Shown: positions 47,293-57,860 of the stretch, in pieces | Layout of the letters: every line of letters begins with the position of its first letter | Numbering within the stretch: the first letter of the stretch is position 1 | Source: an uncultured virus (IMG/VR IMGVR_UViG_3300034374_012765) | Lineage: Duplodnaviria > Heunggongvirae > Uroviricota > Caudoviricetes | IMG/VR virus record: IMGVR_UViG_3300034374_012765 | Reading direction: 5' to 3' (one strand) | DNA length: 64,000 bases | The notes under the pieces: generated by a model | Database searches by the model: none | What the model was told of the DNA's origin: nothing | The model's input: only the letters and a program-made list of their open reading frames with translations | Made by a program: the position numbers and the translations under genes

Positions 47293-49206
47293 TCATACAT
47301 CCTTTATCAGATCGTTATAAAGGTTGGAAATCTCTCTCGGGACTAGCTTTTTAAATTTAGAAAAATCCCTATCTGCTAGGGTTTGTCTAACCTTAGTCCC
47401 TGATGTTCCTCTAGGAGTCTCCTCTAAAGAAAAGCCCGGACCTAGTTTGTCCTTTATATCGGATACCTTTATGTAATCGAGCTGCTTTGAATAATCGTCA
47501 ATTCTATCCTCCCCAGCACCAATCAATTGAGGATCATATCCCATAGAGATAAGTTTTGCAATTCCAGATCCCAAAAGTCCTCTGGTAATCATCTCATATC
47601 CAGCGATCTCCTCGTTATTCTGAACAACGGAATCCATATATCTTTTAACCGTGGCAGGGTCGAATGGAGATTTGCCAGATTTATTATGTCCTGGATGAAC
47701 CACCAAAAGATAAGAAGGGCTACCGTTCTTATCCATCATATATCTAGCCATCTTTAGATGTCCCGAATGGAATGGCTGGAATCTCCCCATAATAACATTG
47801 ATCTTTCTCGACACATCCTCATTATCCTCTCTCACCTCAGAAATTCCCACCTCCTTAGGTGAACTAGTATCGATAGTTTCCAAGGCACTTATAAATTCAT
47901 CATAAGAATGGAAGTGGTCCTCGTCACTATCGGATAAATCGTCTTCCTCCTTTAAATAATTAACCGGTGCTATAAACTCCTTTCTAAACTCATTAAAAGA
48001 GAAAAATTGAGACTCGTTAACCTTCTTTTTTGGTTTTTTGATGTGTTCCTTTATCTGATTGATGAGAGAATTGAGTTGATCCTTCATCCCTGGGGTAATG
48101 ATACCTCCTGCTCTGGTCTTAATTTTTCTGAATGAATTGAGCATTAGCTTAAATAGGGCTTCAAAAGAATCATCCTTCTTAACCAGCTTAAGAACCCTGC
48201 TATCTTTAATCATATCAAGATTCAATCTAAATTCATCTCTTTTAAGATAATCTGGTTCCTCAAAATCAGTACCACTATATTTCTTAGAATACAGATCCAA
48301 AAACCTCACAAAGACCTCGGACATGAATGAAATATACCTCTCATCGTCAGTTTCACCCTCAACCTCAAATGAATCTATACCCTCCTCGAGAATAAAATTC
48401 ATCACATCCATGATAGTGATTCCCAAAAAATCGCTAGGTTTCTTCGATCTCCTCTCCTGGGCTTTCTGCTTAGCCAGTTCAGTAAAAACCGGATCCACCA
48501 TCTTGGCTAGTACAGTGTCATTTTCCTTATCAGGTTCTCCAAATCTAAAAACTATTCCCTCAACATCCTTATCAAGATCATCATTCAGAGCTGTCTTAGT
48601 AAGACCTGGATTTAGAGTCTTTATTATAAATCGGACAAAACTATTTGTACGGAATTTCTCGACCAACTCCTTGAACGGGGTTTCCATGAATTCCATCAGT
48701 TCCGACTTTTGCTCTTCGTCAAGTCTTCCCTGGAATATAATCGGAGGTTTTTCAACACCCAGGAGATCCGCCCAATTGTTTAATTCGTCCTTATCTTGTA
48801 CGGTTTTCTTGATTTTACCCCCGTCACCCATCTGGTGTACGTAGGAAAGTATCAGATTGTTCTTTGGTATACGATCATACACAATTTCCACTGGGGATTT
48901 ATTGGCAAAGTATTCAAGACCAAATCTCCATCCTCTTGGTATTCTCTCTAGGATATGGGGAGGGAGGGACTCTATGTATTGTATAGGCTTCTCATAATAC
49001 TTCATGAGGGTCCTATCCACTAAGGTTATTGGATTTCTCTGGTCCCTTCTATAAAACCTGAACTTCCCGCTTTCCCTATCCCTTTCGAAAGAAAATGCAG
49101 ACCCGTCCATCTTCTCGTTAATAGTCACAAACTGGTTGAAGAGTTGATTTATAAAATCAGATCCCTTCTTATTGTACATGTCATATAGATGATTAATCCC
49201 TGCCAT
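47293..49206 (-). CDS. fusion of an RNA/DNA-ligase-like adenylation domain and a HIGH-type nucleotidyltransferase (NMNAT/cytidyltransferase-like)
   Basis: EKMDG, EGIVF and AKMVD in the N-terminal part; GRFQPFHSGH and SGTKVR in the C-terminal part. Confidence 0.7.
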   Translation of the reverse strand: MAGINHLYDMYNKKGSDFINQLFNQFVTINEKMDGSAFSFERDRESGKFRFYRRDQRNPITLVDRTLMKYYEKPIQYIESLPPHILERIPRGWRFGLEYFANKSPVEIVYDRIPKNNLILSYVHQMGDGGKIKKTVQDKDELNNWADLLGVEKPPIIFQGRLDEEQKSELMEFMETPFKELVEKFRTNSFVRFIIKTLNPGLTKTALNDDLDKDVEGIVFRFGEPDKENDTVLAKMVDPVFTELAKQKAQERRSKKPSDFLGITIMDVMNFILEEGIDSFEVEGETDDERYISFMSEVFVRFLDLYSKKYSGTDFEEPDYLKRDEFRLNLDMIKDSRVLKLVKKDDSFEALFKLMLNSFRKIKTRAGGIITPGMKDQLNSLINQIKEHIKKPKKKVNESQFFSFNEFRKEFIAPVNYLKEEDDLSDSDEDHFHSYDEFISALETIDTSSPKEVGISEVREDNEDVSRKINVIMGRFQPFHSGHLKMARYMMDKNGSPSYLLVVHPGHNKSGKSPFDPATVKRYMDSVVQNNEEIAGYEMITRGLLGSGIAKLISMGYDPQLIGAGEDRIDDYSKQLDYIKVSDIKDKLGPGFSLEETPRGTSGTKVRQTLADRDFSKFKKLVPREISNLYNDLIKDV

Positions 49207-49211
49207 TCTTA

Positions 49212-49664
49212 TTAATTATAGTTTATATCCGGGCTATCAGAGCTAGATTTAACAAAGTGAGGACCAAACTGCAAATCCATCTCGGATTTGGCCTTCCCAA
49301 TTACTATTAGATAACCTATACCTTGTATGAGAGTTTCCAAAAGAATTTTCGATTTATTTCTGAGGTCTTTCTTATACAAATCTGATAGCTCTAGGAGAAG
49401 CTTGTCCAAATCCGGATCGGTGTCTTCCCTTTCACTCGCTATGAGATCAAATATCTCCCTCTCCATGGTATAAACAATCTCATCCTCTAATAAAATATCC
49501 CATTCGCCATCGCTGTTCTCCGACAAAACTCCATGGTTACCCAATATGGTAGAGAATTCTATCGTATCCCCGTCTCTTCCCACTAGTAAAGGTGAATCTT
49601 TTTCCAGGAACACCTCAAGAGCTCCGTACATCAAATCGTTATGTTTGCTAGTAAAATTCATCAT
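49212..49664 (-). CDS. hypothetical protein
   Basis: 150-aa ORF coupled to neighbours. Confidence 0.6.
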   Translation of the reverse strand: MMNFTSKHNDLMYGALEVFLEKDSPLLVGRDGDTIEFSTILGNHGVLSENSDGEWDILLEDEIVYTMEREIFDLIASEREDTDPDLDKLLLELSDLYKKDLRNKSKILLETLIQGIGYLIVIGKAKSEMDLQFGPHFVKSSSDSPDINYN

Positions 49665-50572
49665 CTAACTTCCATCGGGATTTCATAACCACCATTCTTT
49701 AGATATCGAATGAGGTCCTCCTTTATTGATTCCATCTTGTCAGAGTGTATAAAATCAGGGGAAGAAACTATAGACCATACATCCTCGAATGTTTTTACGT
49801 CATTCTCGTTAAAACCTTTACCGAGTATCATTTCTATAAACTCCTGTGGATCCCTTGTTATGAACTCTGTGCTCCCGCTCACAGTTTTGGGGTTTTTGAG
49901 CCTCTTGGTCGCTCCTTTAAAACTCTTCTTGTTCTTAAATATCCCATCACTGAGACGGAGTGCGTATGAATAATAATCCTCAATCTCACCATCGGAATCT
50001 TCCGAGATTACCTCCTTCAACGAAGATAATATCGCTTGAAAAAGCCAGTTACGGTGTGCAGACTTATATTTACTCTCATTTTTCCTATAGTCAGGAGAAT
50101 AGAAAATAAACTTGGCCCAATCCATATCAGATAGAGGAATAAGATCTAGCTGTACTATGCCCAAATTAGGATCTCCCTCTATAGGCCACCCTATCGAAAT
50201 AACATTTATACCCTTCATGAGCTTCATATCAGGAACAAAGCCCAATTTGTCCGGAAGCTCATCCAGAAGCTTATTGTAAATAAATTCTAGTACACCGTCC
50301 GCGTTTGTGCTGTACTTTCTAGCTATAAAACTCTTATCTATCCCGAGGTCTATATCACCAGAAGTTTCATCACCACCTTTTTTTTTACCAACACTTCCTA
50401 TAACCAGATAATCCTTACCAATCTCACCATCACCAATAAGGGGGAAAAGTACCTCCTTTATAGATTCAAGAGTACCAGGTACCTCCCTCTCTTTTATTCT
50501 CCGGGAGAACTTTATGGCTGCTCCGCCTTCGAATAGTGCTATGAATTTTTTATAAGAATATATTCTGTCCAT
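49661..50572 (-). CDS. Pol-beta-superfamily nucleotidyltransferase-like protein
   Basis: GSVGKK...SGDIDL and VQLDL motifs. Confidence 0.6.
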   Translation of the reverse strand: MDRIYSYKKFIALFEGGAAIKFSRRIKEREVPGTLESIKEVLFPLIGDGEIGKDYLVIGSVGKKKGGDETSGDIDLGIDKSFIARKYSTNADGVLEFIYNKLLDELPDKLGFVPDMKLMKGINVISIGWPIEGDPNLGIVQLDLIPLSDMDWAKFIFYSPDYRKNESKYKSAHRNWLFQAILSSLKEVISEDSDGEIEDYYSYALRLSDGIFKNKKSFKGATKRLKNPKTVSGSTEFITRDPQEFIEMILGKGFNENDVKTFEDVWSIVSSPDFIHSDKMESIKEDLIRYLKNGGYEIPMEVR

Positions 50573-51055
50573 TTATACGTCAAAATATTTTTCAGCTCCA
50601 GAGATATAGTCGGAATATATTCTCTCCTCCCTATTTTTTGGGTTATTAATATCATATTTACCGCCGAAGGTTTTCTTTCCTTTTATTACCGCATCGGTGT
50701 AAAATTCTTCGTAATCTTTTTGCTTGTTTCTACCAGAAGTCCTAATTCCATCACCCCATTTAGAGAGTATCTCGTCTCTATTTTTTTCCAGCGATCCGTC
50801 ATCCATTTTGGAGATATCCTCCTTTTTGAAAACATCAGCAATACCCCTGCTAACTCCAGTGATAGCATTTATAGTCCTGGAAAGTAACCTCCCTGCTGCT
50901 CCGCCCTCGTCGTAAACAGTTTGGTATACCTTTTCCTCCGGGGTTTGGGCCTCAATCCTCTTTCTGATTGCTCTGATTCTATCTTCAGCGGAGAGAGGTG
51001 AATATGAGTAATCATCCTCGTTCAGGAATGAATAAAAGCTCTTCAAGTTATTCAT
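50573..51055 (-). CDS. hypothetical protein with N-terminal FxxF tag
   Basis: Start moved to MNNLKSFYSFLNE, downstream of GATATATA at 51077-51084. Confidence 0.65.
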   Translation of the reverse strand: MNNLKSFYSFLNEDDYSYSPLSAEDRIRAIRKRIEAQTPEEKVYQTVYDEGGAAGRLLSRTINAITGVSRGIADVFKKEDISKMDDGSLEKNRDEILSKWGDGIRTSGRNKQKDYEEFYTDAVIKGKKTFGGKYDINNPKNREERIYSDYISGAEKYFDV

Positions 51056-51095
51056 GATAGCGCATTTTTTGTACACTATATATCCCACGATAAGG

Positions 51096-52619
51096 TTAAA
51101 GCTTTACCTTGAATATCTTATACCTGAAATTCTCGTTCTTGTAGATCTGGATTCGAGCCTCCCCGTGCTTCATGAGGTAGTTATTGTATTTAGCTGTGCT
51201 GAAATCATCCACGAAATCAATCACATTAACCTTTTCCTTCCCTTCCATTTTTCTCATCCCCCTGCCCAAGCTTTGCTTTATCAGTACCTCGCTTTTATAG
51301 GATTCAACCAGGAATATATTGTGAAGATTATTAATGGAAATACCAGTAGAAAAGGTTCCATACGTAGCAACTAGAACCTTATTCTCTCCAGAGGACATCC
51401 GGTTTTTGTACTCCTCCCTCAGGGATTCGTCGGTATCTCCATCCACATAAAATACCTCCTTATTGTTAGTAATATCTCTAAGTCTATTCCATATCTGCTT
51501 CCCATATTCATCCTTAACTGACTGGAATAAGACCAGGGAATTTTTTGAAGTCCTCCCTATAAAGTCCACGATATACTTTAACCTCTTCTCGCTCTCTATT
51601 ACGAGTTTTCTCTCGATATTATAAAGTTCGTTACCCTCCAGGTTCTGTGAATTAGACTTTAAATTGGCCAATTTTTCTTTGATCGATTTATCAAGCCAAT
51701 CCAGCATAACGACCTTTATCTCCACCGGGGTAGCATGCTTGTTTTTAAACAGAAAATCCGGAGAAATCTCCACTATTACAGGTCCTAAAAATTGCTGTAT
51801 AGTAAGATGATCAGCAGATCCACGTTTAGTAAGGGTACCAGTAAGTCCAAATCTCCATCCACAGTGCATACATTTTGACACTATCTTTTTAATCGACATG
51901 GAATTGGTGTGATGAGCCTCATCTACAAAGACACCATCAATCTCCTCAAAGAATTCCTTATCCTTCTTTACCAGGGACTGGAAGGTTCCTATTATGAGAT
52001 CACACCCTTCTCTCATCTTGCTTCCTCCACCGATCTGCTGTATTTTTACTCCCAGGTCATCAATTCCATAATCTATGAAGTCGTCATTTCCTTGGAAAAC
52101 CAGGTTGGTATTTGGTACTATTACCATAAACTTCCTGATCAGTCCCATCTGCTTCAAATAAGCGAATATCATGAACGATATAAGGGTCTTACCCGAGGAT
52201 GTAGCAATTTCGGAAACTGAATATCTATATTTTACTATTTTCCAAGCAGCTTCCACCTGGTAGTCCCTGGGTTCGATCTCCTTATCCTTAAAAAAATCAT
52301 CCACCCACGACTGGAAATCCTCTAGACTTAAATCGCTCAACAAGAGATCAGATAATCCTTCTATCTCCATCTCTATATTAAACTCCTTACCAATCTCAAG
52401 AACCTCTCTCCAAAGTCCTATCGGGATTTTCCAAAAAGCACCTTTTTTCTCAACGAAGCATATACTTCCATCCCATATTTTTTTCTTAACCAGAGGGTGA
52501 AAGTACCAGTTGTGTATTTTTTTGGTTAACGAAAGCTCTATCTGTCTTTTTTCCACCTCGTCTGGTGAATGAACTAAAATAAGCCATTGTCTGTCTTCAG
52601 AGACGTTGAATTTTAGCAT
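51096..52619 (-). CDS. uvsW: UvsW-like superfamily 2 DNA helicase
   Basis: PRDYQ, ATSSGKT, DEAH, GLTGT, TFSTGISI and QSLGRGMR motifs. Confidence 0.9.
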   Translation of the reverse strand: MLKFNVSEDRQWLILVHSPDEVEKRQIELSLTKKIHNWYFHPLVKKKIWDGSICFVEKKGAFWKIPIGLWREVLEIGKEFNIEMEIEGLSDLLLSDLSLEDFQSWVDDFFKDKEIEPRDYQVEAAWKIVKYRYSVSEIATSSGKTLISFMIFAYLKQMGLIRKFMVIVPNTNLVFQGNDDFIDYGIDDLGVKIQQIGGGSKMREGCDLIIGTFQSLVKKDKEFFEEIDGVFVDEAHHTNSMSIKKIVSKCMHCGWRFGLTGTLTKRGSADHLTIQQFLGPVIVEISPDFLFKNKHATPVEIKVVMLDWLDKSIKEKLANLKSNSQNLEGNELYNIERKLVIESEKRLKYIVDFIGRTSKNSLVLFQSVKDEYGKQIWNRLRDITNNKEVFYVDGDTDESLREEYKNRMSSGENKVLVATYGTFSTGISINNLHNIFLVESYKSEVLIKQSLGRGMRKMEGKEKVNVIDFVDDFSTAKYNNYLMKHGEARIQIYKNENFRYKIFKVKL

Positions 52620-52628
52620 GCATTTATT

Positions 52629-53081
52629 TTATTTTATAGTGCTACCCCTGAGGTAATCTTCCAGAGCTATCCTGGATTTTATCCCATATAGCATATGGTC
52701 CACAGTTTGGATAGTCTGGTCTATAAACTTCCTATGTCCTTCCACCATTTCAATTTTACCAACGATCTCAGCCACGTCTCCCTCTATCAGGACTTTGGTC
52801 TCATTGGATCCATACCTAACATCGCTGTTTTGGTTGTAGTCCTTAAGCTTAGCTGCTCTTGTTTGTCTTTCCCTCGAGCTCAACTTACTAACTATTTGAG
52901 CTAGCTTGAAGCTGTATTCTAATAGAATTTGCCGTGTGGAAAACAGCTCGACCTGAGCCTCCGCTACAGTCTTAATGTTTTTAAGATTCAGCGATATAAT
53001 CTGAATCTTTTCCCTCCATTCGAACCTTTCCTTCTCGAATAGCTTAGCATAATCAACCTTATCCGTCTGTTGTTCCGACAT
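52629..53081 (-). CDS. putative UvsY-like recombination mediator
   Basis: 150-aa coiled-coil protein adjacent to uvsW; inferred from size and synteny. Confidence 0.5.
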   Translation of the reverse strand: MSEQQTDKVDYAKLFEKERFEWREKIQIISLNLKNIKTVAEAQVELFSTRQILLEYSFKLAQIVSKLSSRERQTRAAKLKDYNQNSDVRYGSNETKVLIEGDVAEIVGKIEMVEGHRKFIDQTIQTVDHMLYGIKSRIALEDYLRGSTIK

Positions 53082-53082
53082 C

Positions 53083-53325
53083 CTAAAAAAGTTTATTTCC
53101 TTTGTTCCTATTTATATGGGATTTACCAAGTTTAATTTCTCTAACCTTCGAATTTACCATCCTTGGTTTAGAAATACTTAGAGATCCTTTAACCTCACCG
53201 ATATCCGATATGGACTCCCTATCTAGTATAGAGATCGGAAATTTTAAGCTACCAGTCTTGCTTCCGTCAAGCGATTCCTCCCATTCTTCAGTTCTGTCTA
53301 TTGTTGGCATTTCAAAATTAAGCAT
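53083..53325 (-). CDS. hypothetical protein
   Basis: 80-aa ORF. Confidence 0.55.
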   Translation of the reverse strand: MLNFEMPTIDRTEEWEESLDGSKTGSLKFPISILDRESISDIGEVKGSLSISKPRMVNSKVREIKLGKSHINRNKGNKLF

Positions 53326-54379
53326 CGATAAAATCTATTAGGTCGAGAACCTCGCCAGTGAAATAATTATCGAATCTTCTTATTTTTATTTTCTTGGCCC
53401 TTAGATAATTTACTATATCGTTCAGGTCCCATTTCTTATTTATCGGAAGATCGTGATCAGTCAGAAATTTCTTCCAATTAAAAACACTAAATCCCTTGGA
53501 AAGGAGCTCAGAATTTTTAGCTCTTCCCGCACGATCCCAGTCATACCAATACCTTATATTCTCCATCTCGAAGGGAAATTTATTCTCGACTGAACACAAA
53601 GCAACCGAATTTTTCCACAACCAGGAATCCATCGGTCCCTCGAATATCGTTATTGTGTGATCGAAAGAAACAGTCCCCACATTAAAAACGCTGGATACAG
53701 GATCTATCTTCCTGGCTTCTTCAAGAAATTCATTGTCGGTAACACCCAACATTTTTTCCCATATCCCGCTGAGTTTATATGTATAGTATTTTGAACCATA
53801 GTTTGAAGACATATTCCTAAACTGAAGACCCAGTATCTCATTATTCCTTGTCAGGTTAAAAAGATATAGCTTCTGGTCCTCTTCGCTCCATGCAAACTTT
53901 TGATCTGGTATTTGGTTTCTTCTTCTAAGATATCTCTCCATCTTGCTACCAGCAACCTCCAACAATCCCATCTTCTCCATGAAAATGGCTCTAGGAATAA
54001 CCACCTTGCTAAAATCAGTGTCAAAGAAAAGGGAGATATCCACATCCCCGTATATCTTTCTTCTCTTTTCCTTCCCATTTTGTATGATATCAAGTATATC
54101 AGCTTTCTCTTTTTTTTCAAGTCTCGATACCTCACCAAAATCCCTAAATAATGAGAATGCGTCCTTAAAGATCCCGCATCCTCCGTTGTAACACTTATAG
54201 GTTAATGTATCCAAATAGAAGTTACCCCTTTTCTTTCGGTAATTATTACTATCCCCACAATAAGGACAGGAAAAATTGAGCCTATTTCCAGCCTTGTATA
54301 TTTTCCTGCGGTTGGGATCGTTAGGAAATCCCTTAATTAATACCCCGCCAATAAGCTCTTCAATTCTCCCTAAATCCAT
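53318..54379 (-). CDS. DNA primase (T4 gp61-like)
   Basis: Zn finger CPYCGDS...CYNGGC; Toprim motifs EGPMDS, DWDRAG, KWDLND. Confidence 0.88.
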   Translation of the reverse strand: MDLGRIEELIGGVLIKGFPNDPNRRKIYKAGNRLNFSCPYCGDSNNYRKKRGNFYLDTLTYKCYNGGCGIFKDAFSLFRDFGEVSRLEKKEKADILDIIQNGKEKRRKIYGDVDISLFFDTDFSKVVIPRAIFMEKMGLLEVAGSKMERYLRRRNQIPDQKFAWSEEDQKLYLFNLTRNNEILGLQFRNMSSNYGSKYYTYKLSGIWEKMLGVTDNEFLEEARKIDPVSSVFNVGTVSFDHTITIFEGPMDSWLWKNSVALCSVENKFPFEMENIRYWYDWDRAGRAKNSELLSKGFSVFNWKKFLTDHDLPINKKWDLNDIVNYLRAKKIKIRRFDNYFTGEVLDLIDFIDA

Positions 54380-54397
54380 TTAAAAAAATCTCTTTGA

Positions 54398-54435
54398 AAA
54401 AAAGAGGAACAGCTCCTTTGTGGCTGTTCCTCTTT
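54398..54435 (-). terminator. intrinsic terminator
   Basis: aaagaggaacagc/gctgttcctcttt stem. Confidence 0.75.
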
Positions 54436-54448
54436 AAGTGTTATAACC

Positions 54449-55396
54449 TTATAGGTCAGAGTAAAGATCGTCCAGAGAGGAAGCAGTTTCGGGGCTTGAA
54501 GGCTGCTTCAAAGGCTCTTCTTTGACTGATCCTACCTTAGTGGAAGATACCTCATTGTAGATATCATCCGATGTTTTGGTAGTCGGGGTCGATGAAGAGG
54601 TCGTAACGTTAGCTCCAGACATCACTTCATTAACCATTCTACCGTCGGGGACGGTATTCTTGATAATGTTCATCACCCTCTCGGTAGTATTATCGTCCCA
54701 ATCTTTGTATTCAAAATTAGCAAGATTATCCGGACCTGTCTTCAGATATTCCAGAATGGTATTCATATCCTCCTTATTCTTATCCATCTTCTTGCCATCA
54801 ATTTCTATCGGAGCATTGTTTCCTACAAACTGACATAGATCATAGTTATTCCATTCCCCCACCTTTCTAGAATGAATTGAGAATAGCTTACCTTCAAAGA
54901 GATCGTACGGGTTACATGGATCTCCATACTCGGGCTTAAGCTGAGACTCAAGCATATCATTGATCTTCCTTCCAAATTTGAAAGTCATGATCTTTCCCTC
55001 TAGTTCCGGATTATTCTTATCCTGAACAATCTGAATCAGCGAATAGTAGTCTTCCTTTCTTGAGAAATTCCTTGCCAGATCCTGATCGGCAGCGGAATTG
55101 GAATTCTTAAGCTTCCAAAAAATGTCCTTAAGCACTGATTTTTTACCTACGGTAGAAGGGCAATCTACTGGAAACCCTTCTCCAGTTGCAGGATCGTTTA
55201 AATACACGTAGTACTTTTGAATTTTGGATTTAGACGGATCTACGTGGTTTGGCAAAAATCTAATCAAAGATTTATAAACCCCGTCTTTTCCATTTTCCGG
55301 GTATGGCTTGTAAAACTCTAAATCCCTCGAATCCTCTTTCTTGGTCTTCGTTACGAAGTTTTCAACGTCTAAGTTGAAGATGTCTAAATTACTCAT
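54449..55396 (-). CDS. single-stranded DNA-binding protein (T4 gp32-like)
   Basis: IRFLP, P.LEGKIM.FKFGRKI, PYDLFEG, NYD motifs; acidic tail LDDLYSDL. Confidence 0.85.
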   Translation of the reverse strand: MSNLDIFNLDVENFVTKTKKEDSRDLEFYKPYPENGKDGVYKSLIRFLPNHVDPSKSKIQKYYVYLNDPATGEGFPVDCPSTVGKKSVLKDIFWKLKNSNSAADQDLARNFSRKEDYYSLIQIVQDKNNPELEGKIMTFKFGRKINDMLESQLKPEYGDPCNPYDLFEGKLFSIHSRKVGEWNNYDLCQFVGNNAPIEIDGKKMDKNKEDMNTILEYLKTGPDNLANFEYKDWDDNTTERVMNIIKNTVPDGRMVNEVMSGANVTTSSSTPTTKTSDDIYNEVSSTKVGSVKEEPLKQPSSPETASSLDDLYSDL

Positions 55397-55437
55397 TGTT
55401 CCTTTAATTTTGTTTTTTAAAATCCTTTATTTAATCT

Positions 55438-56223
55438 CTAAGTGTCCCAAAAGTTTCCCCTAGATTGTATATATCCCGAACTTTTTTTCATATTGTTACT
55501 CCTATTTACCTCCTTGTGAGATAGCATATTCCCTCGGAGAGAAACTTGTAGATCACTCCTTATTATTTTATATCCGGATATAAGCAAATGGTTTCTTAAT
55601 AGGGTTTCAGGGTGGAAAAAAACAGAATCTCTAGAAAGATAGTTTTCTATGCTTCTATACAATCCACAGTAGTGAGACATAGGATTTCTACCCCCATATG
55701 CTATTACATCGTTAATTCCACCCCTCCAATCAAACCCATGCGGAATATTTATTACTGACTTGTCAGGGTCGAAAAAAAGATCGTTATGGATCTTTATATC
55801 GAATCTACCTTTTATAACATAGTCATATTTCTTTCCCACGGAGCTCTCGTATTTTTCCATGAGGGAATATGAGGAGTCTATTTTATACCACATACAGAAT
55901 ACCGACTGCGGGTTCATTTCACCATTCATCGGAGAATACTCATCATATAAGTTTGATCTTTCGAGGATTCTTGTTATGGAATCAGAATCAAAATCCTCGG
56001 ATAGCATCAGTTTGGGCTTATACATGGAGATAATATCACCAACCGAGAGACTATCACTAAGATTAGACGTATCTGCTTGTACTGTAGAATTTATATGATC
56101 CGAAGGATTCCAGCACGAGATAAAAACATCGGGTGAATACACATCGAGTATTCTGCTCTTTATATATGGATAACATTCAAGGCCCTCTCTAAATTGACCA
56201 GAAAGAAGTAAAGCAACCCTCAT
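55438..56223 (-). CDS. glycosyltransferase-like hypothetical protein
   Basis: MRVALLLSGQFR, DVFISCW, YDYVIKGRFD, ND, HPETLL motifs as seen in polysaccharide-locus proteins. Confidence 0.55.
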   Translation of the reverse strand: MRVALLLSGQFREGLECYPYIKSRILDVYSPDVFISCWNPSDHINSTVQADTSNLSDSLSVGDIISMYKPKLMLSEDFDSDSITRILERSNLYDEYSPMNGEMNPQSVFCMWYKIDSSYSLMEKYESSVGKKYDYVIKGRFDIKIHNDLFFDPDKSVINIPHGFDWRGGINDVIAYGGRNPMSHYCGLYRSIENYLSRDSVFFHPETLLRNHLLISGYKIIRSDLQVSLRGNMLSHKEVNRSNNMKKSSGYIQSRGNFWDT

Positions 56224-56666
56224 TGATACCTTTCTATATAGTCACTACAGACACCCATACACAGGGAGATATCCTCCCCGTGGATCTCGGGCATAACAGC
56301 TATGCTTCCTTCTATAGGTTGGTTACCAACAAGAGCCCATCTATATCCTTTGCTAGTAAAGACAACATCATCAGAATCATGCATAAAATAGTTCAGCACG
56401 TTCCCCTTAGGATCCATAACGGAAAGTTCCCTGAAGGAAGGGATATTCTTGCAGTGTATCCAAAGCTTTTCGGAGTGTTCAACCAAGAAGGAGTACTGTG
56501 TGTCATACTGCGGTCTATCATGGCCAAGTTTAAAAAGCCCATCAACAAACCATAAATCTATCTCAACGTCATATTTTTCCATTGCTTTCAAAATATAATC
56601 AGTCGAGTTTTCCCTCTCAGGAGATGACCCGTTTACATTACCCCGGTGAGATATAAGTATCATCAA
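56220..56666 (-). CDS. truncated PLC/GDPD-like phosphodiesterase-fold protein
   Basis: ISHRGN..EN, DVEIDLW, LGHD, WIHCKN and VCSDY motifs. Confidence 0.65.
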   Translation of the reverse strand: MMILISHRGNVNGSSPERENSTDYILKAMEKYDVEIDLWFVDGLFKLGHDRPQYDTQYSFLVEHSEKLWIHCKNIPSFRELSVMDPKGNVLNYFMHDSDDVVFTSKGYRWALVGNQPIEGSIAVMPEIHGEDISLCMGVCSDYIERYQ

Positions 56667-57860
56667 TTATTTAGGATTTCCAAACTTACCAACAGCTTCC
56701 CTGAATTCTTTACCAACAATTCCATCTATTGCCTGCCTCATTGCTATGGCTCCACTTTTAGTCCCACTAGGGTGACCGTGCATAGCCCCACCTACATTAG
56801 CTAGATAATCTACGCCAACCTGCTCGTTTATATTGTTAACTAGACCAGGATGAAATCCGCAGCTTAGAGCAGGAAGGGTTCCTTGTTTTCTTGACTCCTC
56901 CATCGCTTTTAAAACTTCTTCCTCATCAGCAGGATAATATCCGCCAATCATACCAGAGTGTATAAAATCAACACCCATCATTCCTGCCAGTTTACACATG
57001 AAGGGCCAGGATATACTAAAATTGTGATCCGGGTTCGTTATAACCCGATCCCCGCTCTTTTGGAAGTGCATGAATATGGGAAGATCCAATTCCCTGATAT
57101 TTTTATAAGACCCGAGACCACACCAAAAATTGACATGCACCCCATTGCCACCTAATTCATGAACCTGCTTTACCCTTTCCAGTATATAAGCTGGATCCGA
57201 ATGTATGGAAACACAATAGACAACCCTTTTATCTTTCAGGTAATCCATTATAAGAGGAACCCTATCCTCTATCCTGCAAAAAGAGGGGCTTGATAGTATT
57301 TCATCCTCTTTGATAAAATTCACACCACCTTCAACCATCTCTTTTACCATCTCAAGCATTATCCTAGGGGAAACTCCGGTCTTAGGTTTTAATATACCGC
57401 CGAGTAAAGGTTTATCATATACCCCAGTGTATTCGCGGATACCATTTATTCCGTACTTGGGCCCTAGAAAACATTCCGAAACACAATCAGGGAATTCAAT
57501 ATCCAATAATTTGCAAGATTTGATCTCTTCAATATCCATCTGTCCACCCATCACATTTACCAAGAGGTGAGATACACCATCTGTTCTAAAATCTATATTT
57601 ACAACAGGGAATGCAATTATAACCTCCCCAGAGGTGCTATCCAGCATGCTTTCCATATCTCCTACTATGATACAGGAGTGATCCCGAAACAGCTCCTCAG
57701 TTTCCCATACGCTCCTGGAAGACGGGTTACCTACACTCTGTCCTATCGCTATATTCCAAGCAGCAGATGCCAGATTTTTGGAACATTCAACATAGTATTT
57801 AGCAAAGAAATAATTCTCGCTATCTATTTGTTCCTTTAATTTAAATAAATCAGATTTCAT
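56667..57860 (-). CDS. RuBisCO-like protein (form IV RLP)
   Basis: KPKTG, FIKEDE, IHSG, SCG and GGAMHGHP motifs; lacks the loop-6 Lys. Confidence 0.9.
   Translation of the reverse strand: MKSDLFKLKEQIDSENYFFAKYYVECSKNLASAAWNIAIGQSVGNPSSRSVWETEELFRDHSCIIVGDMESMLDSTSGEVIIAFPVVNIDFRTDGVSHLLVNVMGGQMDIEEIKSCKLLDIEFPDCVSECFLGPKYGINGIREYTGVYDKPLLGGILKPKTGVSPRIMLEMVKEMVEGGVNFIKEDEILSSPSFCRIEDRVPLIMDYLKDKRVVYCVSIHSDPAYILERVKQVHELGGNGVHVNFWCGLGSYKNIRELDLPIFMHFQKSGDRVITNPDHNFSISWPFMCKLAGMMGVDFIHSGMIGGYYPADEEEVLKAMEESRKQGTLPALSCGFHPGLVNNINEQVGVDYLANVGGAMHGHPSGTKSGAIAMRQAIDGIVGKEFREAVGKFGNPK

Noticed and set aside
56667..57860. Bona fide CO2-fixing RuBisCO in a phage
   Set aside because: The loop-6 Lys and the HxHR His/Arg are substituted, and the context is sugar-nucleotide genes with no phosphoribulokinase in the window; this fits a form IV RLP.
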